A DNA stretch of 37,653 nucleotides from Candidatus Aenigmatarchaeota archaeon. Its GTDB lineage: Archaea; Aenigmatarchaeota; Aenigmatarchaeia; GW2011-AR5. The stretch is from positions 1-37,653 of the forward strand of contig JBBSYB010000014.1 in the NCBI GenBank assembly GCA_038045465.1. Reading direction: 5' to 3'. The position numbers and the translations under genes are program-made. Positions 16,586 to 23,486 of this stretch are shown one piece after another. Within the stretch, counting starts at the first letter, position 1, and each line of letters starts with the position of its first letter. The notes under the pieces were generated by a model, which was not told where the DNA came from, made no database searches, and worked only from the letters and a program-made list of their open reading frames with translations.

Positions 16586-16741
16586 TGGGTTCGAGGAGAT
16601 TTGAACTCCTGTCTCAAGGTACATCGCACCTTCTTTGGTACTTTCCGAAAAGAAAGGTGTCCCGAACCTCGGATCCTGACCATTCTAGAGCCTTCTTTCC
16701 GCAAGAGCTACGACGAAATGGCTTAGCTAGACTACGAACCC
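16586..16741 (-). tRNA. tRNA-Pro (anticodon CGG) with two introns (D-loop and 37/38)
   Basis: Minus strand. Perfect 7-bp acceptor GGGTTCG/CGAACCC. T-arm AGGAG-TTCAAAT-CTCCT. Anticodon stem CGAGG/CCTTG with loop TT-CGG-GA after removing 16660..16621 (40 nt). The D-arm is only restored after removing about 42 nt (16726..16685). No encoded CCA. Hand-folded; boundaries +/- a few nt. Confidence 0.7.
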
Positions 16742-16767
16742 TACATCTTGATATTTGATTTACTTCT

Positions 16768-16777
16768 AATTATAAAT
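16768..16777 (-). promoter_or_regulatory. TATA box for the tRNA gene
   Basis: The minus strand reads atttataatt, centred about 32 nt upstream of the tRNA 5' end. Confidence 0.4.
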
Positions 16778-17544
16778 CAAACTTTTTGCACGAGAAAAAC
16801 AAAATCCCCGACTTTCGAGTTACTGAACCTATTGTCTTTCGGCCATAGTTTTGTTGTTCTTATTATTTTTAAGCCTACTGAGGCTAAATCTTTGACAATT
16901 CGCTGATATGAGACCTTGTACTCGTCCAGTCTTATGGATGATAAATATATTTCATTGTAGAGTCCAAATATTTGGTGTGAATCAAGTTTTTCATTTTTCA
17001 TCATTTCTGGAATGCGCTTTGCATAAAACTCCGTCCCGCTTCGAGCTGCTTCCGAAGGATTTTTGAAGGGAGCAATAGCCTTTTCGTAGACGATTAGAAT
17101 CCCTTCTGACTCCATGTGCGAGCGTATGTTTAACAAAAACTCGCGCTTTGTTACATCCTTTATATGATGATATGCAGACGTCGCAATAACTATATCGAAT
17201 TTATCGTTCAGCTTTACTGTACTTGCATCATGCAGAATAAACTCCGAAGTTTTCATCTTAGAATTTTCTATTGCGTATTTGAGGAAGTGTTTGTTTATGT
17301 CGACCCCTGTGTATGAAAATGAAATATCCAAACGAGAAAGCCATTTTCTAAGGAATATACCAGTTCCGCAACACATATCAAGTATTTTTACATATTTTTT
17401 TCCTTTACAGAAAGATTTTACGTGCTTTAACACTTCTGAGAAGTTTTCCGCTTCTATTTTTGTGCTCACGTATCTGTCATAAATTACTGGCGACATTTCA
17501 TAGAGATTTTGACGTACCACCATACAACCGCCCTCATCTTGCAT
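16777..17544 (-). CDS. class I SAM-dependent methyltransferase
   Basis: ILDMCCGTGIFLRKW (motif I) and DIVIATSAYHHI (motif post-II/III). The start could be the internal Met at 17523. Confidence 0.7.
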   Translation of the reverse strand: MQDEGGCMVVRQNLYEMSPVIYDRYVSTKIEAENFSEVLKHVKSFCKGKKYVKILDMCCGTGIFLRKWLSRLDISFSYTGVDINKHFLKYAIENSKMKTSEFILHDASTVKLNDKFDIVIATSAYHHIKDVTKREFLLNIRSHMESEGILIVYEKAIAPFKNPSEAARSGTEFYAKRIPEMMKNEKLDSHQIFGLYNEIYLSSIRLDEYKVSYQRIVKDLASVGLKIIRTTKLWPKDNRFSNSKVGDFVFLVQKV

Positions 17545-17586
17545 TCGTTCTGCGCGGAGCCTATTACATGCAAACAGCTGCGAGCA

Positions 17587-17994
17587 CTAATAGTCCAAAG
17601 GCTTTATCGTTTTAATTCCTTTTATGTCTTCAAAATGCGAATCGTTTGTTATGATTGCATCTATGAACTTTTCTTTCATTACAGCAACAAAAACAGTGTC
17701 AAAATAGTTTGCTTCATATGAAGAGAATATGGAAAGTGCATCAATTTCATGTTCTTTTACAACATCTTCTATATCCATTGGCAAAGCCAGCAGAAGCTCA
17801 GCGACATTGGTAGCGATTTTCCTGTTTACATTTCTGTCAATAACTTCCACAACTTCCGCTACGTTCAACACGGATGTAGTAGCTTCTAGTTTTCTTGATT
17901 CGATATCCTCTATTATTTTTTTACACGCCTTCCCGAATTTAGGGTGTGCTTGTGCCGCATAGATAAAGATGTTCGAATCGATAAAAGCTCTCAT
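17587..17994 (-). CDS. vapC: PIN-domain toxin (VapC)
   Basis: MRAFIDSNIFIYAA N-terminus, ...DTVFVAVM..., ...ITNDSHF. 4-nt overlap with the upstream antitoxin. Confidence 0.75.
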   Translation of the reverse strand: MRAFIDSNIFIYAAQAHPKFGKACKKIIEDIESRKLEATTSVLNVAEVVEVIDRNVNRKIATNVAELLLALPMDIEDVVKEHEIDALSIFSSYEANYFDTVFVAVMKEKFIDAIITNDSHFEDIKGIKTIKPLDY

Positions 17995-18236
17995 TCTCTA
18001 CTACTCCTTATCTTGTGCACTGCTTCTACTGCATCGCCTTTGAACTTTGCAGAGCCGTAGAGCTTTGCCGATATGTTTTCTATTTTTTTTGCTGCTAGTA
18101 GTTCGATACCGGTTTCTCTTGGTATCAAAGACACTTTGGAGCCACGCTTCACTCCATACACATCCCGAAGCTTTTTCGGTATTGTTATCTGATACTTGTC
18201 AGTCACCTTAGTTTGGTATACCATTCTTACCACCAT
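17991..18236 (-). CDS. vapB: AbrB/SpoVT-type antitoxin (VapB)
   Basis: TKVTDKYQITIPKKLRDVYGVKRGSKV is a swapped-hairpin AbrB motif. An alternative start is at 18224. Confidence 0.7.
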   Translation of the reverse strand: MVVRMVYQTKVTDKYQITIPKKLRDVYGVKRGSKVSLIPRETGIELLAAKKIENISAKLYGSAKFKGDAVEAVHKIRSSRE

Positions 18237-18273
18237 ACCAAATTATACACAACAAACTATAAAAAGATTTCTA

Positions 18274-18313
18274 GAACCAAACAAGCATAGCACAGCTACG
18301 AGCCCTAACGAAT
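18274..18313. repeat. R-repeat copy R1 (5'-truncated)
   Basis: gaaccaaacaag...agctacgagccctaacgaat. The final 20 nt are identical to R2. Confidence 0.65.
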
Positions 18314-18360
18314 GAATAATTGGATTGTATGTATAAGAATTTAAGAGCTAAATAATCACT

Positions 18361-18879
18361 ATGAAAAAATACGTATTCAAAAAATATGACTCTAATTACA
18401 GACGATTCTTTTCCTCTGAAAAGAGAAAGATACAGAAAATAATCGGATCGAAGGCATTGATAGAGCATGTTGGAAGTACTGCTATTCCTAAACTCAGAGG
18501 TAAAGGTATTGTGGACATTCTTTTGGTAGTCCAGAAAAATACAATTGCAAATACATCAAAAAAGCTCCAAAAAGCTGACTATGAGTTCAGAGATGTTGCA
18601 AGCACAAAGTCAAGGTGTTTCTTCCGAAAAGACTACAAAACTTCTAATGGTATTAGGAGAGTACACATTCACCTAACGTTTATAGGAAGTAAAGATCAAA
18701 AGGAAATGATAGGGTTTCGTGATTATATTATTTCTCATCCGAAAATGGCAAAAAAGTATGAGAAGATAAAAAAGGACGCTGTGAAATTTGCGAAAGGCGA
18801 GGGAGAACTATACAGGAAGCAGAAAGAAAAATTTATTCTCGGCATTATTAAGAAAGCTCTGGAGAATAATCAAGAATAA
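18361..18879 (+). CDS. GrpB-family protein
   Basis: IEHVGSTAIPKLRGKGIVDILLVV and RVHIHL...FRDYI..HP....Y..IK match the GrpB pattern. Confidence 0.7.
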   Translation: MKKYVFKKYDSNYRRFFSSEKRKIQKIIGSKALIEHVGSTAIPKLRGKGIVDILLVVQKNTIANTSKKLQKADYEFRDVASTKSRCFFRKDYKTSNGIRRVHIHLTFIGSKDQKEMIGFRDYIISHPKMAKKYEKIKKDAVKFAKGEGELYRKQKEKFILGIIKKALENNQE

Positions 18880-18913
18880 ACAACTACCAGAAATTATTCG
18901 TAGATTACAAATA

Positions 18914-18957
18914 GCCCGCACATGACCAAACCATCGGACAAACACAACTACGAACCC
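18914..18957. repeat. R-repeat copy R3
   Basis: gcccgcacatgaccaaaccatcggacaaacacaactacgaaccc. By hand count, 31/44 ungapped identities to R2. The last 11 nt are identical to 16731-16741 (complement of the tRNA 5' end). Confidence 0.6.
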
Positions 18958-18990
18958 AATTGGTATACTGATCAATTCGATTGATGTATT

Positions 18991-19022
18991 AGGCTGATAA
19001 ATTTTAGCAGCTTTATCAGCCT
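18991..19022. repeat. perfect 11-bp inverted repeat (hairpin or binding site)
   Basis: aggctgataaa (18991-19001) and tttatcagcct (19012-19022), with a 10-nt spacer. Confidence 0.6.
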
Positions 19023-19078
19023 AACTGATAAGATTTTTAATTCAATTCAAGCATTATTGTTCATTTGAAATGAATGAA

Positions 19079-19111
19079 TTTGTTCATTACTAATGAACAA
19101 ACTTTATATAC
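19079..19111 (+). promoter_or_regulatory. 23-nt palindrome abutting the TATA box of the DUF4143 ATPase gene
   Basis: tttgttcatta-c-taatgaacaaa (19079-19101) is immediately followed by ctttatatac (19102-19111). ATG at 19133. An extra half-site ttgttcatt lies at 19058-19066. Confidence 0.5.
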
Positions 19112-19132
19112 TTTTCTATTCAAATATCATGT

Positions 19133-20344
19133 ATGATTTTAAAGGAAGAACTAAGAGAAATAGTGAAGACCCAGCGCAAGTCTATACTGGAAAGCGAAGT
19201 TGGCGTGATGAGGGAGAAGACATCTGAAATGGACATTAGCATGCCATTTGCAATAGTTATATCTGGCATTAGAAGGTGTGGAAAAAGCACCGTGTTGCGC
19301 CAGTTGATTAAAAAGAAAGATAAGTTCTATTACTTTAATTTTGAGGACCCAAGAACAGCTTCATTTGAAGTGGTCGATTTTCAAAAACTTAAAGACGTGT
19401 TCACTGAAGAATTTGGCAAAGCTGATTGTTATTTCTTTGATGAAATACAGAATGTCCAAAAATGGGAGCTTTTCGTAAGACAGATGCTAGACCAAAAGAT
19501 GCATTTTGTTTTAACGGGATCGAACGCTTCCTTGCTAAGTAGGGAATTAGGCACAAGACTGACAGGCAGGCATCTTAGATACGAGTTATTTCCATTTTCA
19601 TTTAAGGAGTTTCTTGCATTTACAAAATCAAATCCGTCCATAAAATCGTTTGAAATTTATTTTAATAGCGGAGGTTTTCCGGAATATCTTAAACATAAAA
19701 ATGTCGAAATATTGAATGAGCTTCTGAACAACATAATTGCACGCGATATAGTAGTAAGATATAAGCTGCGCAATTCAAAACTTCTGAAAGAAATTGCAGT
19801 ATATATGCTTACAAACATTGGAAAAGAATTTTCTTACAATTCGCTGAAAAAAGTATTTGATCTAGGTTCCACCAACAGTGCAATATCTTTTATTTCTCAT
19901 TTTGAGGATAGTTATTTGATATTTACAATACCGAAATTTAGCCATTCAATGAAAAGTCAAATAAGAAATCCAAGAAAGATATATGCCATAGACAATGGAC
20001 TAGCTGCCGCAAATTCTGCATCTTTTTCAGGAGATACTGGAAGAATGCTGGAGAATTTGGTCTTTTTGCACCTAAGAAGAAAATACAAGGATATTTATTA
20101 TTTTAAAGAAAAGCACGAATGCGATTTCCTGATTAAAGAAAAAGGGAAAATAACCGGCGCATTTCAAGTATGCTTTGAATTAAATAGCGACAATAAAGAC
20201 CGCGAAATTAAAGGACTACAAGAGGCTCTTGAGATACTTAAGCTCGAGCAAGGCACGATATTAACGTTTAACCAAGAAGATGAATTATCAGTTGCAAACA
20301 AGAAAATTACAATAATGCCTGCCTGGAAGTGGTTGATAAGTTAA
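19133..20344 (+). CDS. AAA-family ATPase with DUF4143 C-terminal domain (AAA_14/DUF4143 type)
   Basis: Walker A ISGIRRCGKST, Walker B CYFFDEIQ, and the later YAIDNGLAAA motif typical of DUF4143 proteins. Confidence 0.7.
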   Translation: MILKEELREIVKTQRKSILESEVGVMREKTSEMDISMPFAIVISGIRRCGKSTVLRQLIKKKDKFYYFNFEDPRTASFEVVDFQKLKDVFTEEFGKADCYFFDEIQNVQKWELFVRQMLDQKMHFVLTGSNASLLSRELGTRLTGRHLRYELFPFSFKEFLAFTKSNPSIKSFEIYFNSGGFPEYLKHKNVEILNELLNNIIARDIVVRYKLRNSKLLKEIAVYMLTNIGKEFSYNSLKKVFDLGSTNSAISFISHFEDSYLIFTIPKFSHSMKSQIRNPRKIYAIDNGLAAANSASFSGDTGRMLENLVFLHLRRKYKDIYYFKEKHECDFLIKEKGKITGAFQVCFELNSDNKDREIKGLQEALEILKLEQGTILTFNQEDELSVANKKITIMPAWKWLIS

Positions 20345-20356
20345 AAATTTTAACAG

Positions 20357-20375
20357 GCTGCACAGTAACCACAGA
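20357..20375. repeat. partial extra copy of the R-repeat 5' part (R2')
   Basis: ggctgcacagtaaccacag compared with gcctgcacagaaccaaac at 20389. Confidence 0.4.
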
Positions 20376-20388
20376 AATCTTACGATTA

Positions 20389-20440
20389 GCCTGCACAGAA
20401 CCAAACAAGTAGCATAACAAAGCTACGAGCCCTAACGAAT
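20389..20440. repeat. R-repeat copy R2 (full length)
   Basis: gcctgcacagaaccaaacaagtagcataacaaagctacgagccctaacgaat. Contains a gtagc/gctac stem. Confidence 0.65.
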
Positions 20441-20498
20441 AACTTCTATACAGCGCTTTTTATGTTAATTTTTGCTGATAGAAGGCTTTATAAATGTG

Positions 20499-20510
20499 CA
20501 TATTAATATG
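20499..20510 (+). promoter_or_regulatory. 12-nt perfect palindrome between the TATA box and RBS of the TA operon
   Basis: catattaatatg lies downstream of gctttataaa (20485-20494) and upstream of aggtga (20521-20526). Confidence 0.4.
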
Positions 20511-20533
20511 TAACAAAAGAAGGTGAAAAAATA

Positions 20534-20800
20534 GTGCAAACCGACAGACGCCCAAGACGTCAACCTGCTATAGACTTCACCAAGGAAATCAAGCCAAGCA
20601 AGCACTTTAGGAATACGTGGCTTAGAAAATGGGATTGGGATATTAAACAGTTGCGGTCGGCACTAATGAATGCCAGGATAGATCATGTTGGAAAAAACAA
20701 ATACGAAGCTTACATACAAGATAAGAAAAGGAGCAGAAAAATAATTTTTGTGTATACGGGAAATGAGATTTTTATAATAACAGGAACTGAGGGAAAATGA
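20534..20800 (+). CDS. putative toxin, DUF4258-like (tentative)
   Basis: 88-aa ORF (GTG start) with SKHFRNTW... and C-terminal KIIFVYTGNEIFIITGTEG. 4-nt ATGA overlap with the downstream antitoxin-like gene. Confidence 0.4.
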   Translation: MQTDRRPRRQPAIDFTKEIKPSKHFRNTWLRKWDWDIKQLRSALMNARIDHVGKNKYEAYIQDKKRSRKIIFVYTGNEIFIITGTEGK

Positions 20801-21141
20801 CAAACAAAATATGTCCGGCATGTGAAAAAGGAGAATTGATAGAAGTAGACAACATAGTGTCTGAGCTGGATGGCTATGTGTTTATAGAAAAAGGTCAGCG
20901 TTGCACAGAATGTGGTGAAGAGTTTATACGCGAAAAAGACGCACAGCGCACAATCGAAGTCGCTAAAAAATTAGGTGTATGGCCTCAACCACTCAAGCTC
21001 CATAGAAGCTTGTCGAAAAGCGGTCGAGGACTAGTATTAAGAATACCAAGCGATCTCGAAAAAGACCTAAAATTAAAATCCGGAGAATCTGTAAGCATAA
21101 GCAAAGTCGGAAGCAGAATAATAATAGAGCCGGAGGATTGA
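20797..21141 (+). CDS. putative antitoxin: YgiT/MqsA-type zinc ribbon fused to an AbrB/SpoVT-like domain
   Basis: CPACEKGEL...CTECGEEF (4-Cys ribbon), then GRGLVLRIPSDLEKDLKLKSGESVSI. Confidence 0.5.
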   Translation: MTNKICPACEKGELIEVDNIVSELDGYVFIEKGQRCTECGEEFIREKDAQRTIEVAKKLGVWPQPLKLHRSLSKSGRGLVLRIPSDLEKDLKLKSGESVSISKVGSRIIIEPED

Positions 21142-21155
21142 ATTTCAAAGAGTCA

Positions 21156-23321
21156 CTATTCAGCGCTACTGAGGACTTCCTTGGCAACTTTTGGACCTAG
21201 CAGCTTTGCCAGCACGATTTCGTCTGCTTTCTTGATATCAACGGGCGTGCGGATTCCAGCGTTGAATAGTTTTCTTGCTCTTGCTCTTCCTATGCCTTTC
21301 AGGGTCACAAGCTTGAGGAGCTCTTCCTTTACACCATGCTTGACCTGCAGACGCACTTTGTTTATGTTGTTTGCTATTTCCTTTATTCCCAACAACATGG
21401 CTAATTCGCTCGCTGAGTATAATAGCCATTCAGCGTTTGTTGTTTTATTGTATAATTCGCCTGGGGTCACGCCGTATTTTTCAAGTATTACATCCTCGCC
21501 AGATTCACTGGTCCATTCTTTGATAAGCAAAGCTGTCTTGAATTCACTCAAAAAGTCTTCATATTCCACATCCCATACATCAGGTGCCTCTATGTCAGAT
21601 TTCGAAAGCTCATCTTCTATATCCTCATACTCTTTTTTCTTTACGCTGAGAAGCGGATACATTTCAGTGCACTGGCAGATCATCATCAGACTTTGGATAG
21701 GTGTGTCATCTTCGGTCATCAAACCTAGTATAAGATTTGCCGAAACGGGATCCAGGTATAACTCGCTTACACGCTTGCCGAGCTTTGTCGCATGCAGCTC
21801 AACATCCTGGGTAAGCTGAAAAGCCGGCATGAATTCCTTTGATATAAATTCACCCTTATTTCCCACGATTATAAATTTGTAATTTTCCAGTTCGGTTATT
21901 ATGCGCTCTATTTTTCCTTTAATACTTTCGATATCGCCGTATTGTTTGGCAAAAAAAGTCCGCATAAAGAATGTTTCAAGCTCGCCTCTTGTTTTAACAT
22001 AGCCTGAAGAAATGAGGGATAAAATGTAAACCCGCAGAACACGCTCCACACCTAGCTTTGAATAAATGGGTTCTGCATCGCCACTTATGTAACGCTCCCA
22101 GAGTGCTTTTGCCTCACTTTTGCTTTTGGCAAGGAGTATTGCCTCGCCTTCTGTATCGTACTTAGGCCTACCTGCACGTCCCATGCATTGATGAATGTCT
22201 ATCACCGGAATATAGGACATGCCGTAGCTTCCGTTAAATCGTTTTGTATCCCTAATAACGACACGATACGCGGGTAAATTCATGCCATATGCTAATGTAG
22301 TTGTGGCTGCCAAAACCTTCAGCAGACCGGAGCGAAACGCGTCCTCGATAAGCTTGCGCTGTTTGCTCACTAAACCAGCGTGATGGAAAGCTGTACCGCC
22401 TTCAACTATGCGGGCGAGACGACGGCATTGCTTTGTCGGATTGCTGAGAACATTCTCAATGTCATTCGCCAATTTTTTTAGTCGATCACGCTCACCTACG
22501 GCCAGAGCTTTTTTCAGATCCTTGGAGAGCTTTTCCGCCACAGACTCCGCACTTCTCCTGGTTGATACAAACATGAGTGTTTGCTTTTCCTTTTTAGTTG
22601 TGTCAAGGCAGATAGCTGTTTCTATATCAGCTTCAAGTGGAATTGTGCTCTTGCGTCCGGAAAATTCTAGCTTGTAATTTTCATTGTCAGGGTACATTAC
22701 ACCCTTGTGCAACTTAACGGGACGGTAATCGCTTTTTACAAGCTGGGCATCGAGCCACTCGGCAATTTCTTTAGCATTTTCTATGGTTGCAGAAAGCGCG
22801 ACTATCTGCGCTCTTGTTATGCCTGCTAATTGCGTCAGCACTACCTCCAGGGTCGGCCCGCGTGTTGGGTCGTCAATAAGGTGAATCTCGTCGGAAACAA
22901 TCAGGGCAATGTCCTTGGTCCATGGCACGCCGTGGCGCAACAATGAATCCATTTTTTCGTTGCTGAGAATTATCAGATCATAGCTGCCGAGCCAGCCGTC
23001 GCTGCTGTCCAGGTCGCCAGTGGAAACGCCGACGCGCATGCCTATCTTCTTGTACTTGCTGAAATCCTCGTACTTCTCTGATGCGAGAGCTTTGAGCGGC
23101 ACAAGATAAACGCTTTTCTTACCTTCCAAATAATTTTTTAATATGGCCATCTCGGCGATCAATGTTTTGCCAGAGGCTGTGGGCGACGCTATTACCATAT
23201 TTTTTCCGTCAAGAAGACCTTTTTTAATAGCGGCAACCTGCGGTGGGTTGAGCTGCTCTATACCGCCCTGTTTAAGCAGCGCAATGAGTTTTTGCGGCAG
23301 TGGGAGTTTTTCAAGAAGCAT
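21156..23321 (-). CDS. hel308: Ski2-like DNA helicase Hel308
   Basis: Motif I ASPTASGKT, motif II SDEIH, HHAGL, GMNLPA, QCMGRAGR, and C-terminal HhH GIGRARARKL. The ORF-track start 23327 is GTG; ATG at 23321. Confidence 0.85.
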   Translation of the reverse strand: MLLEKLPLPQKLIALLKQGGIEQLNPPQVAAIKKGLLDGKNMVIASPTASGKTLIAEMAILKNYLEGKKSVYLVPLKALASEKYEDFSKYKKIGMRVGVSTGDLDSSDGWLGSYDLIILSNEKMDSLLRHGVPWTKDIALIVSDEIHLIDDPTRGPTLEVVLTQLAGITRAQIVALSATIENAKEIAEWLDAQLVKSDYRPVKLHKGVMYPDNENYKLEFSGRKSTIPLEADIETAICLDTTKKEKQTLMFVSTRRSAESVAEKLSKDLKKALAVGERDRLKKLANDIENVLSNPTKQCRRLARIVEGGTAFHHAGLVSKQRKLIEDAFRSGLLKVLAATTTLAYGMNLPAYRVVIRDTKRFNGSYGMSYIPVIDIHQCMGRAGRPKYDTEGEAILLAKSKSEAKALWERYISGDAEPIYSKLGVERVLRVYILSLISSGYVKTRGELETFFMRTFFAKQYGDIESIKGKIERIITELENYKFIIVGNKGEFISKEFMPAFQLTQDVELHATKLGKRVSELYLDPVSANLILGLMTEDDTPIQSLMMICQCTEMYPLLSVKKKEYEDIEDELSKSDIEAPDVWDVEYEDFLSEFKTALLIKEWTSESGEDVILEKYGVTPGELYNKTTNAEWLLYSASELAMLLGIKEIANNINKVRLQVKHGVKEELLKLVTLKGIGRARARKLFNAGIRTPVDIKKADEIVLAKLLGPKVAKEVLSSAE

Positions 23322-23345
23322 AAACACAAATCACCATCTAAAGAC

Positions 23346-23370
23346 AGTGGTATTCTTTTTGAATACCACT
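23346..23370 (-). promoter_or_regulatory. perfect 10-bp inverted repeat just downstream of the hel308 TATA box
   Basis: agtggtattc-ttttt-gaataccact. The minus-strand TATA gatatattataag lies at 23370-23382. ATG at 23321. Confidence 0.5.
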
Positions 23371-23417
23371 TATAATATATCTGTGGTTTGTGTTATGCCG
23401 GAAATACCACAAATACT

Positions 23418-23439
23418 ACCATCGTATTAATACGATGGT
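23418..23439 (-). terminator. 22-nt perfect palindrome downstream of the 23487..24362 gene
   Basis: accatcgtatt|aatacgatggt. Outer ggaaatacca (23400-23409) can alternatively pair with tggtatttcc (23437-23446). Confidence 0.4.
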
Positions 23440-23486
23440 ATTTCCTTACATAAATGATATAGTAGCTCAAAGAATAAATAATGGTT

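Noticed and set aside
16429-16704. 91-aa minus-strand ORF.
   Set aside because: It lies across the tRNA-Pro gene and hairpin element, and its Arg/Ser-rich product is typical of spurious translation of structured RNA.
18961-19035. Possible C/D-box sRNA, given three CTGA motifs and one TTGATGT.
   Set aside because: The C-box is imperfect, and the spacing between boxes (about 7 nt) is too short for guide regions. The sequence is dominated by an 11-bp inverted repeat instead.
18274-20440. R repeats as genuine tRNA genes or split-tRNA 5' halves, since on the minus strand they begin GGGCTCGTAGCT / GGGTTCGTAGTT.
   Set aside because: After the first 12 nt there is no D-stem partner, anticodon arm or T-arm (no GTTCRANYC-like loop nearby). 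There is also no GC-rich leader complementary to a 3' half, so I treat them as repeats only.
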